Below, piece by piece: positions 11,497-24,100 of a DNA stretch of 64,000 bases. The position numbers were made by a program, and so were the translations under genes. The stretch's first letter is position 1, and each line of letters opens with the position of its first letter. This DNA comes from Octopus bimaculoides (taxonomy: Eukaryota): positions 30,894,314 to 30,958,313 of the forward strand of contig NC_068985.1 of NCBI RefSeq assembly GCF_001194135.2, in the 5' to 3' direction. The notes under the pieces are model-generated. The model saw nothing but the letters and a program-made list of their open reading frames with translations, ran no database searches and was not told where the DNA came from.

Positions 11497-14400
11497 GTAA
11501 GTGTTACTTATTTTATTCACTATCTCATAGACAACTTTAGAGAGAATTCTAGAGAAATGAACTGAAAGGAAATAGATTTAACCAAGCATCAATCTTTCAA
11601 CATGTTAGGTTATAGTTAAAAGGTAATGTTTATTTTATGATATTCCTCCATACTTTATAAAATTAATTAAGTGCATGCATGTGTGAGTATTTGTTTACTA
11701 GACATCCCCTGCAAGGCATTTAGTGGAAGTAAGAGAGATAGCAAGAGACAGAGCAGCCCTGCTTTTCTTATTTGTTTTCATTCTGATTTTTTCTCTTTTT
11801 TTTTTTCATGTGTATTTAAAATGATGTTACTAATACTGTCAGTTCATTTATTTTTATAATTGACATCAGTGAAATACATGTACTGAAATATGTATTCACA
11901 TAAAAATTTGACATTTTTTTCAGGACTACTACATAGCTGATGCTTCTGAAGACCAAGTTTTTGTGTGTGTTAACCATCATAATTATCTGAGCAATCTATT
12001 TGTTTCTGATGTCAATGGGATCAAGTTCTCTTTATCCCTTGAAAGAATTATATACTTCAAGCCTAAAGGTCCAAATAAAGACACATGGCTAAGGTAATTT
12101 CCTGTTCTTCTTCCTCCTTTTCCTCTTCTTATTTCATCATCTGTGTTATCTTATGAGATTCAGCTATAAAAGTGCTAAGGGCAGATTCAAAAATGAAAAT
12201 AACACTGATATCTCATTTCAGCAGATATATTTGCCAAAATTACATGAAAATATCTTGAAATACTAAGAAGTAAATTTATTCAATAAAATCACCATTGGCT
12301 TTCAACCACAGCCTCCAAACAACTTCAGAATCTCCTGCAACATTTCTGGACAGTCTCCTTGTTTAAGTTGGTGAATGCTGCCATAATCCTTGTCTTCAGT
12401 TCATCTTGGTGTTACAAGAAGTTTTCTGGTCTCTTGCTCAACTGCGCCTCGCACATAATAATTAAGGGGGTTGCAGTCTGGGGAGTTAGGTGACCAGATG
12501 TTAGGAGTGATGTGGTTGCAGAAATTGTCTGACAGCCACGACTGGGTTCTCCTACTTGTGTGGCATGATGCAGAGTCCTGTTGCCAGACATAGGGTCTTC
12601 CAGCAGCCACCCTCTTGACCTAGAGTAACACTACCTCCTCCAGGCACTTGATGTAGACCTCCGTGTTGAGTCTGAGGCTGTGTGGTAAGATGAATGGAGG
12701 TATAACATCATGATCACTAGTGATCAATCCAAACATCATGATCACTAGTGATCAATCCAAACATCATGATGTTGACTGGATGTTTGATTTTTATCACTCT
12801 CAGTACATGCACTGTCCTCTGATTGACACCCAAACATTCTAAAATGTTCATATTGGAGCTTCCAGCATGAATGCCAAGCAGTACAGCATACCGTTTTCAA
12901 ATTTCTGGCAGAGTGAATTGCGTCATGGAGCTGTTTTTCTCCCACAGACAGTTCCTAACTGACCCTACCATACTGTGTAGTCGACAAAATCAAAAACAAA
13001 TGATGCACATGCACAAAATTAAAAATATAAAAAGGCAACAATTTATCCATTGTACCCTGTATATGTATATATATGTGCACATTTTCTAAAACTATTCATT
13101 TCTATTTTCTAGTGTTTATGCAGATAAATCATTTGCTGATATTCACAAAGTGAAAGGTGTACGTGGTGTTTATATTGCTTCACAGTTCATGAACAACTCC
13201 TTTAATGTTGATAACCAAATTAGCTTGATAACATTTAATAAAGGGGGCACATGGCGTCCTCTGTTGGCTCCTGAAAAAACCAGAGACGGAACAGTTTTAA
13301 ACTGCTCTGTTGTAAGTAAGAATTTTCTTTTTTTTCATGTTTAGCTAATTATTCACAGAATATTTTTATTGTAAAAACAGAAAATGATGTTTTGTAAAAT
13401 TTGGCTTCTGAGAGGAGAGTATGTTGCCAAGAATATCAATAACCTATGAAAAAGACTCACAGAATAGTATTGTTGTTAGTGGTGGTTATTGATATATCAA
13501 TGTGAATTGAAGAACGATTTTCAGTGGTAGCTCTTGTCTGTTATTTGTAGTTGCCTTTTTTATCTTCTAAAATGTAAAATTTCTTTACTTGGAGGAGATA
13601 ACACATTGTCATGCAATTAATAATGTTTGAAATTCGTTTCTTGTAATTCATTGTGGACTATATTCTTTACTCTCTTTGCCCACTAGAATTGCTTTTCTAA
13701 GAAGAATTTAACAAGGCAGACAAGAACATAGGCTAATTAATGACTGAAAGTTTATTAGTTAGATCAGTCATGGCCAAACAGCAGTCCAAGGGACTTTTTT
13801 AATGGCCTGCCTAACAAAGTATTATCCTGAATTTTTTTTTTAGTAGTGCAGCCTGCCTGATGATTAACCATGTCTCATGCAGCTTGCTTCTTGAGAAATG
13901 TTACCCATGCCTGAGTTAGATTTTATCATTAGCAATATGCAGTACTTGTTTACTTCTGATAACATACATGAAAAATAAGAGAAATCAACGTAATGTTGCT
14001 CACATGATTGGGTAACTAGTATTAAAAAGATTATCATCCTTCTGTAAAACCTTTTCTCTTTTTTTTTTTTGTGGCTTAGTCAAAGGGGGATTGGGCAGTG
14101 TTCATGATCTTTGCAGGCCTTTTGAGACTGGTGATGGGAGAAAGGGAATCAGAAATCATGACCAATATGTTTCTGTTTCTGTTAACTGATTTTTTTTTTA
14201 ATCTTTGTAAATGGCCTAGCTGAAAATTTGTAACCAAGAGTGGGCCTACCAACAAATAGCTAGGCCTTTTGAGGAGTTACAGGGCCAGGCCTCTGCTGAA
14301 AAGTTATTTTAAATTCTTCCTTTTAATAAATTGTGACATTACGCAAGGATATTGCAGCTGGAAACATTGCATTAAGGTATAGAATTATTCTCAGAACAGA

Positions 14401-17400
14401 AACCTGGTTTGATTGCTTGCAACAGAATAGATTCTGCCAAAGGCATCCAAAGGATAAGTTGTATTGTTAAACCAGGTTAGATTATCAAAATCTAACTGCC
14501 AAGAAAATCAAGAGGCAAAAGTGCTCCAGCATGGCCACAGTCTTAGGATTGAAACATATAAAAGAATAAATAAATAAATAAATAAATAATAAAAATACAC
14601 AAAATAAAAAATTAAAAAACTGAGAAAGAAATCTATTTGCACATACCTTTGAATATTTATAAATGCAATACCACCATTACTTACTGTCAAGCTTATCTTC
14701 CACAGCAACCAATACAAGAGGGTTTATGTACAATTTACATATTATATCTGTAGATTCAGTTTTTGAGCAATAGCAAAATATAAACATTTCCAAATTTAAC
14801 CAAACTCTCTCAGTTTTAGTAATCGTAGCTAAAATAACGCACATAAAGACTCTTTGAGCCTAAAATGTTCTTGCAAAAAAATACATCATGATGATGATGA
14901 TAATGCTGGAGATGATTTCATTCTCTGCTTATGCATTACCAGTTATTAAGAGATAGATTTTCTTTGAATGTCTTCTTTGTGTTAGTTGGTAGATGCATCT
15001 TTGTTTGAAGTTTTCCTTATATTGTCTGATAGCATTAACAACAGTAATTCAGTGTTTAGTAAAAGAATAGCATCATCTCTTGTACCATCAAAATTTTATA
15101 AGGCACTTAACATAAGTGAATCGCCAAAGAGGGACTTGAAGGGACTACTCTCTATACTTGGGTGTAAATTGATAAGATATATGATTTCCTAATGAAATCA
15201 AATGATAATAGCGCTAAAGAATTATCTAGCAATGCAAAACAACTACCCTTGTTAAGAGCTTTCAAAGGAACTTCTGAGTTCTATATCTTATATCTGTTTA
15301 TCTCATACTCGTATGAGATAAACAGAAGTAAATAGAAGTGGTCTGAAAAATGTTTGACTTTGGAAATACTTTAGCAAGATAAAATAACAGAAAAAATTAT
15401 TTATAAAAAAAGTCAAGGAGTTAGGTTAATTCTAATTCCGTATCTTCCTTCAAACACTAGTTATTATCTACTACAAGCCTTCATTTATATAACAATTTTC
15501 ATCATGAATCCTAACCACATAGAAATCCATGAAGTTATAATCATTGTGTCTTTTTAAAGCATGCATATGTTTTTTTTTTGTAATGTTATAAAAGAGTTAA
15601 TTTCCCCCCTCTAAATTTCAATGGATATTTAAATGAATGAAAAAAAATTAAAGAAACTGTTTTGTAATCTTTGTTTGAATGTATTTTTGTTTTTGTTTTT
15701 GTTTTAAATCACTTTGGATGTTTCCCCCACCACTTTAGTTCATACAATTTTGTTTAATAGTTTTTTTTTCTGTCTAAATATCTTTATTTTTCATTAAAAA
15801 TGGCTGTGTTAATCTGTCTCTAGTAGAATGGTTATATTTACTACATATGATGACTATACATAGAAAGTAAGGCCTCATACAAAGTAAGGCCTCATTAGAT
15901 AATGTAGTTCTTGAGAATTCTAAAAGGATGAGGGGGTCATGTCTGGGATACCTTTGACATTTGGTCTGTTCAATGAGAATTGACCTGGGGTTGAACAACA
16001 AAATAACAACAATCATACCAACTGAAAATTTAACTGTAAAATGAAGAAGCCTTAAATATAATGGCAGCAAAGCTAAAATGGAAATCATTGATTTAGTATA
16101 GTGTTTTGTCTCAGTAGAATAAATAAGCTTATTCTTTATCCATCCATGGGCATGAGTTGAAAAGTTACCTTTTTTTTTTTAGTTGCTAAATACATCTCTA
16201 CTCTCTCCTTTAGAGTAAGATAAAATGGTTAAGTTTTATCATTATCATGTCCACAATTATCATTTCTTCCGTCATTATTACTTTTTTAATTATGGTTAAT
16301 AACTTGCAGGTGAGTTGTTTATAAGTAAACATTGTGTTGTAAAAAAAAAAAAAAAAAGGAAAACTACGTAACTTACTTTCACCTATTTTTATTCATTTCT
16401 TTGTGTAGTCATTTTACACTCACTGGTTTAGAAAGAAGGTAATTCTTTCCATTTAGATCATCTTTGCATGACAATGATTAAAAAAAAAAAAACAACAGCA
16501 TGACTTTCCATCCCTGCATATGAAGCTATTCCAGTGCTCTATAGATATATTCAGATACAGTTGTAAATCTTGTAAGGTTGTTCTATCTAACCCCTTAACT
16601 ATGCCAGTCAACATTTCAATTTGCTGCTAAAATCTCAGTTGATAGCTTACTTGCAAAACATTAGTTTTGAATGCTCTGTCTTCATGCTGCATGAAGATAG
16701 AATTTTGCATATGTAAAATTCTGCATGTGTTTTGTTCAATCCTTTTGTTTTTGTTTTCATTTTTTCCTGGCTAAATTAATATTGCCTGCTAGTTTATTCT
16801 GGGATATTGCATCTATATGTTTCATTTACTAAGGAGTTTGATTTCACTGATTTAATACCCTTAAGACTAAAATAAAACATTGAAGATCACTTGAAAAAAA
16901 AACTTTTTAAATACCATTATTAATCTTATTGCTTGTCTGTTTTTGTTGTTTTAAAAACAATTGGGACTCAAACTGAAAATTATTTCCTGTTTGTTATTAT
17001 ATATTGCTTTCAGTAATTTTTGTTTACAAATAAAATCCTGCATGATTCTTTCCAATTGAAAACATTTTTCAGAATTGCTTTAACAACATCATACATGACC
17101 GTAAATGTTTGTTTACATAGGTTTCTGTAAATAATTCTAACTAGACTTTACTGTTATCAACAGAATTAACCATTTTGTTACCATATTCCTTTTGAGATAT
17201 TTTGTGTTTGTTTCAATTAATTTTAAATATAACAAAGAATTTAGTAAAACAACTTTGGTATTATTAAGCTAGTGTTAGGAACATAAATTAAGACCAAATT
17301 CTAGTGGAAAATTTTAATTCAGAACTTTTGAATTTGTACTACAGAGCCAGGAGTGGTCTCAGGCAGGCTCATATCAAAAGGGTTAAACAAACATGACTAA

Positions 17401-20400
17401 CATTCAGAAATAATGTCCTCGTAGTCTAATAGTTAGGCTGTTGTCTAGAGATAGGTGTTTTTGCTATTCTAATTTTAAGATCAATGTATCTTCTTTTATT
17501 GGGTAAGTCATAGTTATCAACCCTGAAAGTTTTAAAAACCTTTAGAAATAATATAGCAAATAATAAACATAAAATGGTAGGGTTATAGTGTGATTAAAGC
17601 AACCTAATCAAGTACATTACTGATACTCAAATTATGTATGTTACTGATAATGAATAAGGAAAGTATTTTGAATTAGATGATTATACAGATGACTCATTGA
17701 AAAGACAGACATGTACAAAACTTTACTTTTTCATCAACAACTTTCAGTGGCTATAATACAAAGAAACATGACTTGTATAAGGAACAGCATACAACCCACA
17801 TAATATTTGTTGGTGGGGGGAAATTCTCTAATCAAAGAAAGTATATATTTATAAAATGTGTCTCAGTCAATTTGACACTAAATAGTAAAAGTAATGTCAG
17901 GACAGCAGTGGTATAGCAGAATTGGTGAAGCTTCTTGCAGTATTTAGTTACAGTCCTTTTTATACAAAGAACACTGCATGAAAATCTCAGATAAAGCTTT
18001 CAGAACTACATAGCAGTAAGCTACAAGTGACCTAGAACTTATAAGTTATATATAGCATAAACATTTTGTAAATATTTTTGTTACTAAATGCCACTAAAAT
18101 AAAAAGTTAATGTAGAACTATTTAAATATGAAAAAACTAAATTTATTTACATTAGCTCATTTCTTTTTACAGTAAGGCTTTAAAAAAAAAGCAATAGTTA
18201 TGTCTTCATTATAACTGACTCAGATTTTCTAAAAGATACCAAGTTGTGCATTAATATTAGTATAAATTGCTAAATAACTATTTAGCAAAGACACTAGTAT
18301 GTCCCTTCTGATGAGTAATCAGTTAGTCTTGAAACAGCTTTATGGGAAATTCTGTTTATTTTTTCATGTGTGTATAGAAAACTAGATGTTTTTACATTAG
18401 ATCAGGGGTCCCCAAACTTTTTAGACCATCGACCCCTTCATGGAATCTTTGACCTCTCATCGACCCCCAGGCATGTACAAGAAAATAAATAAATAATAAT
18501 TAAGTAGATGTGCATTTATCAACCCCTTGAATAGTCCCATCAACTCCCAAGGGTCGATATCAACCATTTTGGAGACCCCTGCATTAGATCATACTTTTGT
18601 AGTGAGATTTTAAGCCAAACTGTAGGTATTGTACTTGTCGAAGTTTTTTTTTTTTTTATGACTCAACCAAAACCTCATAATTTCTATTTGTATTACAAAA
18701 CTTATATTATATCCAGTTTTTTTTTATTTTGCAGTGGCTTCATTGTTCTTTGCATGTAAGCCAAGAACTTGAACATCTTTATCCCAATAGTCATTCCCAG
18801 CCAATCCTCTCAAGAGAATCAGCACCAGGACTTATAATTGCTGCTGGTACTGTTGGTAGTCGTATCAAACAGTATAACCAAAATGTATTCCTGTCAGTAG
18901 ATGCTGGCCTTACTTGGCATGAGGTGAGAAAGTAATCTTATATTTCTTGCTCTAAAATGCATGCACACATGCACACATACACACACACACACACAGCCAG
19001 TTTGAGAGCAATAAAAATGTGTGAAGAAATTTTTTTTTAATCTTCCCCATCTCACTTGTTTTGTAAAGGTTACTTGTATTTTATAAAAGTAATTTAACCA
19101 TGCTTATGAATTAATAGCTCAAATTTTGGGGTCCTAAATTTGTTACTAGTGCTCTGAATGAGGCCTCAAAAGTTTCATTTGTTCTGTCACAGTAATGTTA
19201 ATTTATGAAATGCTGAAGTTGCTACACACTGAGTAAAAGTTCTCAGGAAATAACAGCTGTTATTTAAAGTAGCCATTTTAATGAAATCACTTGTGCCAGC
19301 CAAGAAATATAAACTACCAACAGGTAGATATGATTTTAGAATAAATTACATGCAGTGAGTTCTTGTGAAACTATCAGGTCATCCCATAAGTTCTGTCTGA
19401 TTTTACCTTTTTTTAAAATTGAATGAAATTTAATAGTATTTTAGAATGTTTAATGGAATTAATTATTTTTATGCATTTGTGTACATTTAAACTAATTAAA
19501 TATTTTTCTACAGAATAATAGAATTAAAATTTCTTTGATTAAAACCCTTTCTAACATGGAAGTATCCAAAGAGCATTTGAGGCACATAATGCTTTATGAG
19601 TACAAAAATGGAAACTCTGCAGCCGAAGCGACTCAAAACATACACTCACTTTATGGGAAAGAATGCTTGAATGAAAGAACTTGCAGAAGATGGTTTGCAA
19701 AATTCAAAAGTGGAGATTTCAGCCTTGAAGATGAAGATCAAACAGGACGTCCAGTTGAGTTTGATGATAAGCTCTTGATGCATTACTTGAAGAAAATCCT
19801 GCATTATCAGTTGAAGAATTGGCAACAAATCTTAGTTCAAACCATACCACTGTTCATCATCATCTTCAGCAACTTGGAAAGGTTCCTAAGCTTGGAAAAT
19901 GGACGCCTCATGAATTGTCCGAAAGCAACTGCAAATCCCCAGTTGACCTCTGCTCTTCTCTCCATTCTCGCGAACTCATTTCACCGTTTTTGGATAGACT
20001 TGTGACTGGTGACGAAAAATGGATCTTCTATCAAAATGTTAAACGTCGTAAACAGTGAAAGGGAAAAAGCTCAACCACAACTGAGAAGGGAACTTTATCG
20101 GAAAAAGGTTCTTCTCACTATCTGGTGGGATTGCAAAGGAGTAATTCACTTTGAATTGTTACCACCTAATGCAACAATCAATGCTCAAGTCTACTGTCAG
20201 CAATTAGAGCGTTTGAACCAAGCTTTGAAGAAAAAAAGACCCGCTTTAGTTAATCGTGAAGGAGTGATGTTTCATTAGGACAATGCATGACCCCACATTG
20301 CAATGATCACATCACAGAAGATCAAAGAGCTTGGTTGGGAAAAAATTCCTCATCCACCTTATTCTCCCAACCTTGCTCCTTCAGACTACCATTTGTTTCG

Positions 20401-21160
20401 TAGTTTACAGAATCATTTGGGAGACATAACTTTCACAAGCCAGGAAGAGGTTGAAACTGACATTTCAGAGTTTGTTGCTTTGAAACCAAAAGAGTTTTAC
20501 ATTGATGAGATTAAAAAGCTTGTAAAAAGATGGAAGGAAGTCATAGATAATCAGGGAAAGTACATTGATGATTAGATTTCAATTAAATATAACATTTGAT
20601 CACTTGTTTTCTTTATACAAAATTCGTACATGACTTATGGGATGACCTGATATCTCATTTTGTTTTTAATGTTCACTTAGCAATGTGTGTATTTCTTTCT
20701 TTATAGATCTTACTGGACAAGCATTATTTCATCTTTGGGGACCATGGTGGACTTATTGTTGCCATTAAGCAGTCTGCACTTACAGACACAATACTGTACG
20801 TAAACAGTTTCTTTTTATTATTCACATGTCAATGTTGAACTTTTTGTTCTTTGGCTGCATAATTCTATAAAGCTTATACATATTTGTACATACTGTCTCA
20901 CTTTAACTGTATAAATTACATATAAGTGAGTATGTGCTAGATTCTGTTTAACTGAAGTTATATTCTAACCCTAAACTTAACTTATACTCAGACTCCAATG
21001 AGGTTGGTATTGGCTTGTGTCAACAAGACTTATGTAGTAAAATCAGTAAAAAGAGTACAGTGAATTTGCCATGGGAAATGGAAAATCCAACATTTTGTTC
21101 AGTCCTTTTTCAGGGAAAAGTTAACAGGAGAGAAATTGAGAGACAGCAAAGTTTTACATC

Positions 21161-21199
<39 letters not shown>

Positions 21200-24100
21200 G
21201 TTGTTTAACGTCTACTTTCCATGCTAGCATGGGTTGGACGATTTGACTGAGGACTGGTGAAACCAGATAGCTACACCAGGCTCCAATCTGATTTGGCAGA
21301 GTTTCTACAGCTGGATGCCCTTCCTAATGCCAACCACTCTGAGAGTGTAGTGGGTGCTTTTACGTGCCACCGGCACGAAGGCCAGTCAGGCGGTACTGGC
21401 AACGGCCACGCTCAAAATGGTGTATTTTATGTGCCACCCGCACAAGAGCCTGTCCAGGGGCACTGGCAATGATCTTGCTCGAAAGTCCTTCTTAGTTAAA
21501 ATAAAAATAAATAAATAAATAACTCTTTCTTTTATGTGTAGATTTGACTTTCACTTTATGCATGTTTGTAAAATTCACCTTTCATGTGTGTCCATCCATC
21601 CATCCATGGCTTACTCATCTCTAACAGACAGCTTTTACCTTTTTCAGTTTTCCTTTACTTGCTCATGAAATGATACCTAAACTGCCATAAGCACATTCTA
21701 GTGTGTGTGTGTGTGTTAGCTCCACGAGGTAGCATATTTCAATAGATAACCTCAGTGATTTATTTATTTATTAAACATGCTAATTTTTCACAGCCACCTA
21801 TGTACAATATTGTACATCTGCTAAGTACCTGGAAAAATATGCTTCACTGAGCACTCCTTTTCAGTTTAAATAGCAATTGATATTATAGATATTCAATGAT
21901 ATCTATCTTGTTAAAAATTATAGGCCTTTTAAACATGCTCTTTGGAAGAAATTTTTCTTCCAATAAAAAATTTAGGCTTTTTCATTTTTAGATTGTTTAA
22001 TCTAAGAGTATTTTCTGCTACTGTGTTGAAAATGTCCAAGTTATACAAGAATATCAGATGCAATAATTTTTATACAGCTATTCATTTTTACAATCATGTG
22101 CCGGTGGCACGTAAAAGCACCCACTACACTCTCGGAGTGGTTGGCGTTAGGAAGGGCATCCAGCTGTAGAAACTCTGCCAGATCAGATTGGAGCCTGGTG
22201 TAGCCATCTGGTTCACCAGTCCTCAGTCAAATCGTCCAACCCATGCTAGCATGGAAAGCAGACGTTAAACGATGATGATGATGATTGAAAGAGATTTTTT
22301 AAAAAAAACACATTTGAGAAAACCATCTCCTTTTTACTTACGAACAGCAATGAAAAATATGCCAAATATCATTGTATTAGAAAATGATTAATTTTATTTG
22401 TTTTATTTTGGTCATTATTTGTATATTTATTTGAAAATGTCATCACACTTACATTAACAACTTGATTGCAAAGACTGGCCTGGAATATATCCAGGACCGA
22501 GGTGTGTGGCGAGTGGACTTTGTCACCTTGACCTGGGTTGGAAGCTGGCCTTTTAAAAAAAAAGAGATTATTTATTTGTTTATTTATTTTATATATCAGT
22601 TATTCCTGGAACAATGGTGAAACCTGGACATCATTAAAATTTACTGACCGAAAGATTTGGGTGTATGGTTTATTGACTGAACCAGGTGAAAAAACCACAG
22701 TGTTTTCAATATTTGGATCATATGCAGAAAAACACGAGTGGCTAATTGTTCAAGTCAATCTGAGCTCTATCTTCAGTAAGTATATTTTTTATCACTTTTA
22801 TTAATTTCTGTTTCAGTACAGTTTTGAAAAAATACCCCAGTATATATTATTGAACCACACTTTAAATCTGTTTACAATGAATTTCTTGTTGTTTTTAATA
22901 GACGCTGATATGTTCAATGTTTAATTTTAAATGTTGTTCTCCAGGTCAGCCTTGATTTAGCTGACTTATGATTGAAGGCATTCCAGTATTAACCATCCTC
23001 TTCCCCCTCCCCAATTATGATGTCTTTTTTTGAAGATGGTAGGATGTAATTTGAGGTTGGTTTTGGCTACTATTTCTAGTAGATCAAGAAATTACATTGA
23101 GGTTAAGGAATGCAAGAGCAATGCAAGAAGGCAATTAACTCCAGGGAGATGCGGTGTTTAATACTGAGACTGGGGTGAGGCACTCTAAGGATGCAGAAAC
23201 AGCAGATGCATCAAGTGGGCTTTCATTGGAAGCTAATGTAGAGTTTTGTAAGAGGAACAGATTGTCTAGGCTGTGATTTCAGGGAGATTTGGTTGCTAGT
23301 TCAAGCAGGTCAATCAACCATGTAGAGTTTCCATTGTTTGTTACAATCAGTTCATAGCAGTTTAGACCAAGGTCAGCTCTTATCAAACAGATTGATGATA
23401 AAAGGCATTCTATCCTTGACCATCCTCTCAATGTGGCTGCTGTACTAGTAGTTTAAGTCTATTTGCAAAAGTTGTCAACCCACCATTAACTCAACTGGTA
23501 ATTCTCCCTTACCCATACTTGACCTGACTATTTAATCAACTCAACATCATAATTACTCTTCTATGCTCATAACTCTACTGAACATTGTTGGTGTTTTCTT
23601 GTAATTTCTCAATATTCTCCTTTTACAAATAGCTCAAAGCTGAAGGCACATGCTGGTCTTCTTAATCTTTGTTTGGAAATATGTGAAAACATACATGCTT
23701 ATGCAGGTATATTCACATGTAAAGTCACACAACTACAGATATGTACAGGTGCTCAATTACACATGCTCAAGTATGCACTACACCCTCTTTATCTCTCTCT
23801 CCCCTTCTTCTCTCTCACTGCCTCTCTCATTAATGTATTAATATAGGTATGAGAGTTTTTGAACAATTCAGTCCTTTGCTGTATCTGTAATTTATAGTCA
23901 AACTAATTTCTTTTTTTAATGTCATCCTCAGAGTCTGTTTGCAGCAAGGAAGATTACAAACTGTGGTCTTTGTCTGATACTCTGAAAGAAACTGAAGGAA
24001 TCAGGGGGTGTCTATTAGGAAGAAAAGATATCATTGAAAAACGTGTCCCACATGCAAAATGTTACAATGGAGAAGAATACATACGTCCAATAATTACAAA

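Noticed and set aside
14986-15192. 68-aa ORF in intron 3 as a nested gene
   Set aside because: No motif, no flanking splice signals, and a length expected by chance.
18717-18734. In-frame alternative acceptor adding FFFILQ to exon 4
   Set aside because: The upstream AG lacks a polypyrimidine tract, and the added bases are themselves the tract of the main acceptor; no supporting evidence.
20960-20985. Telomere-like TAACCC motif
   Set aside because: Only one or two units, not an array.
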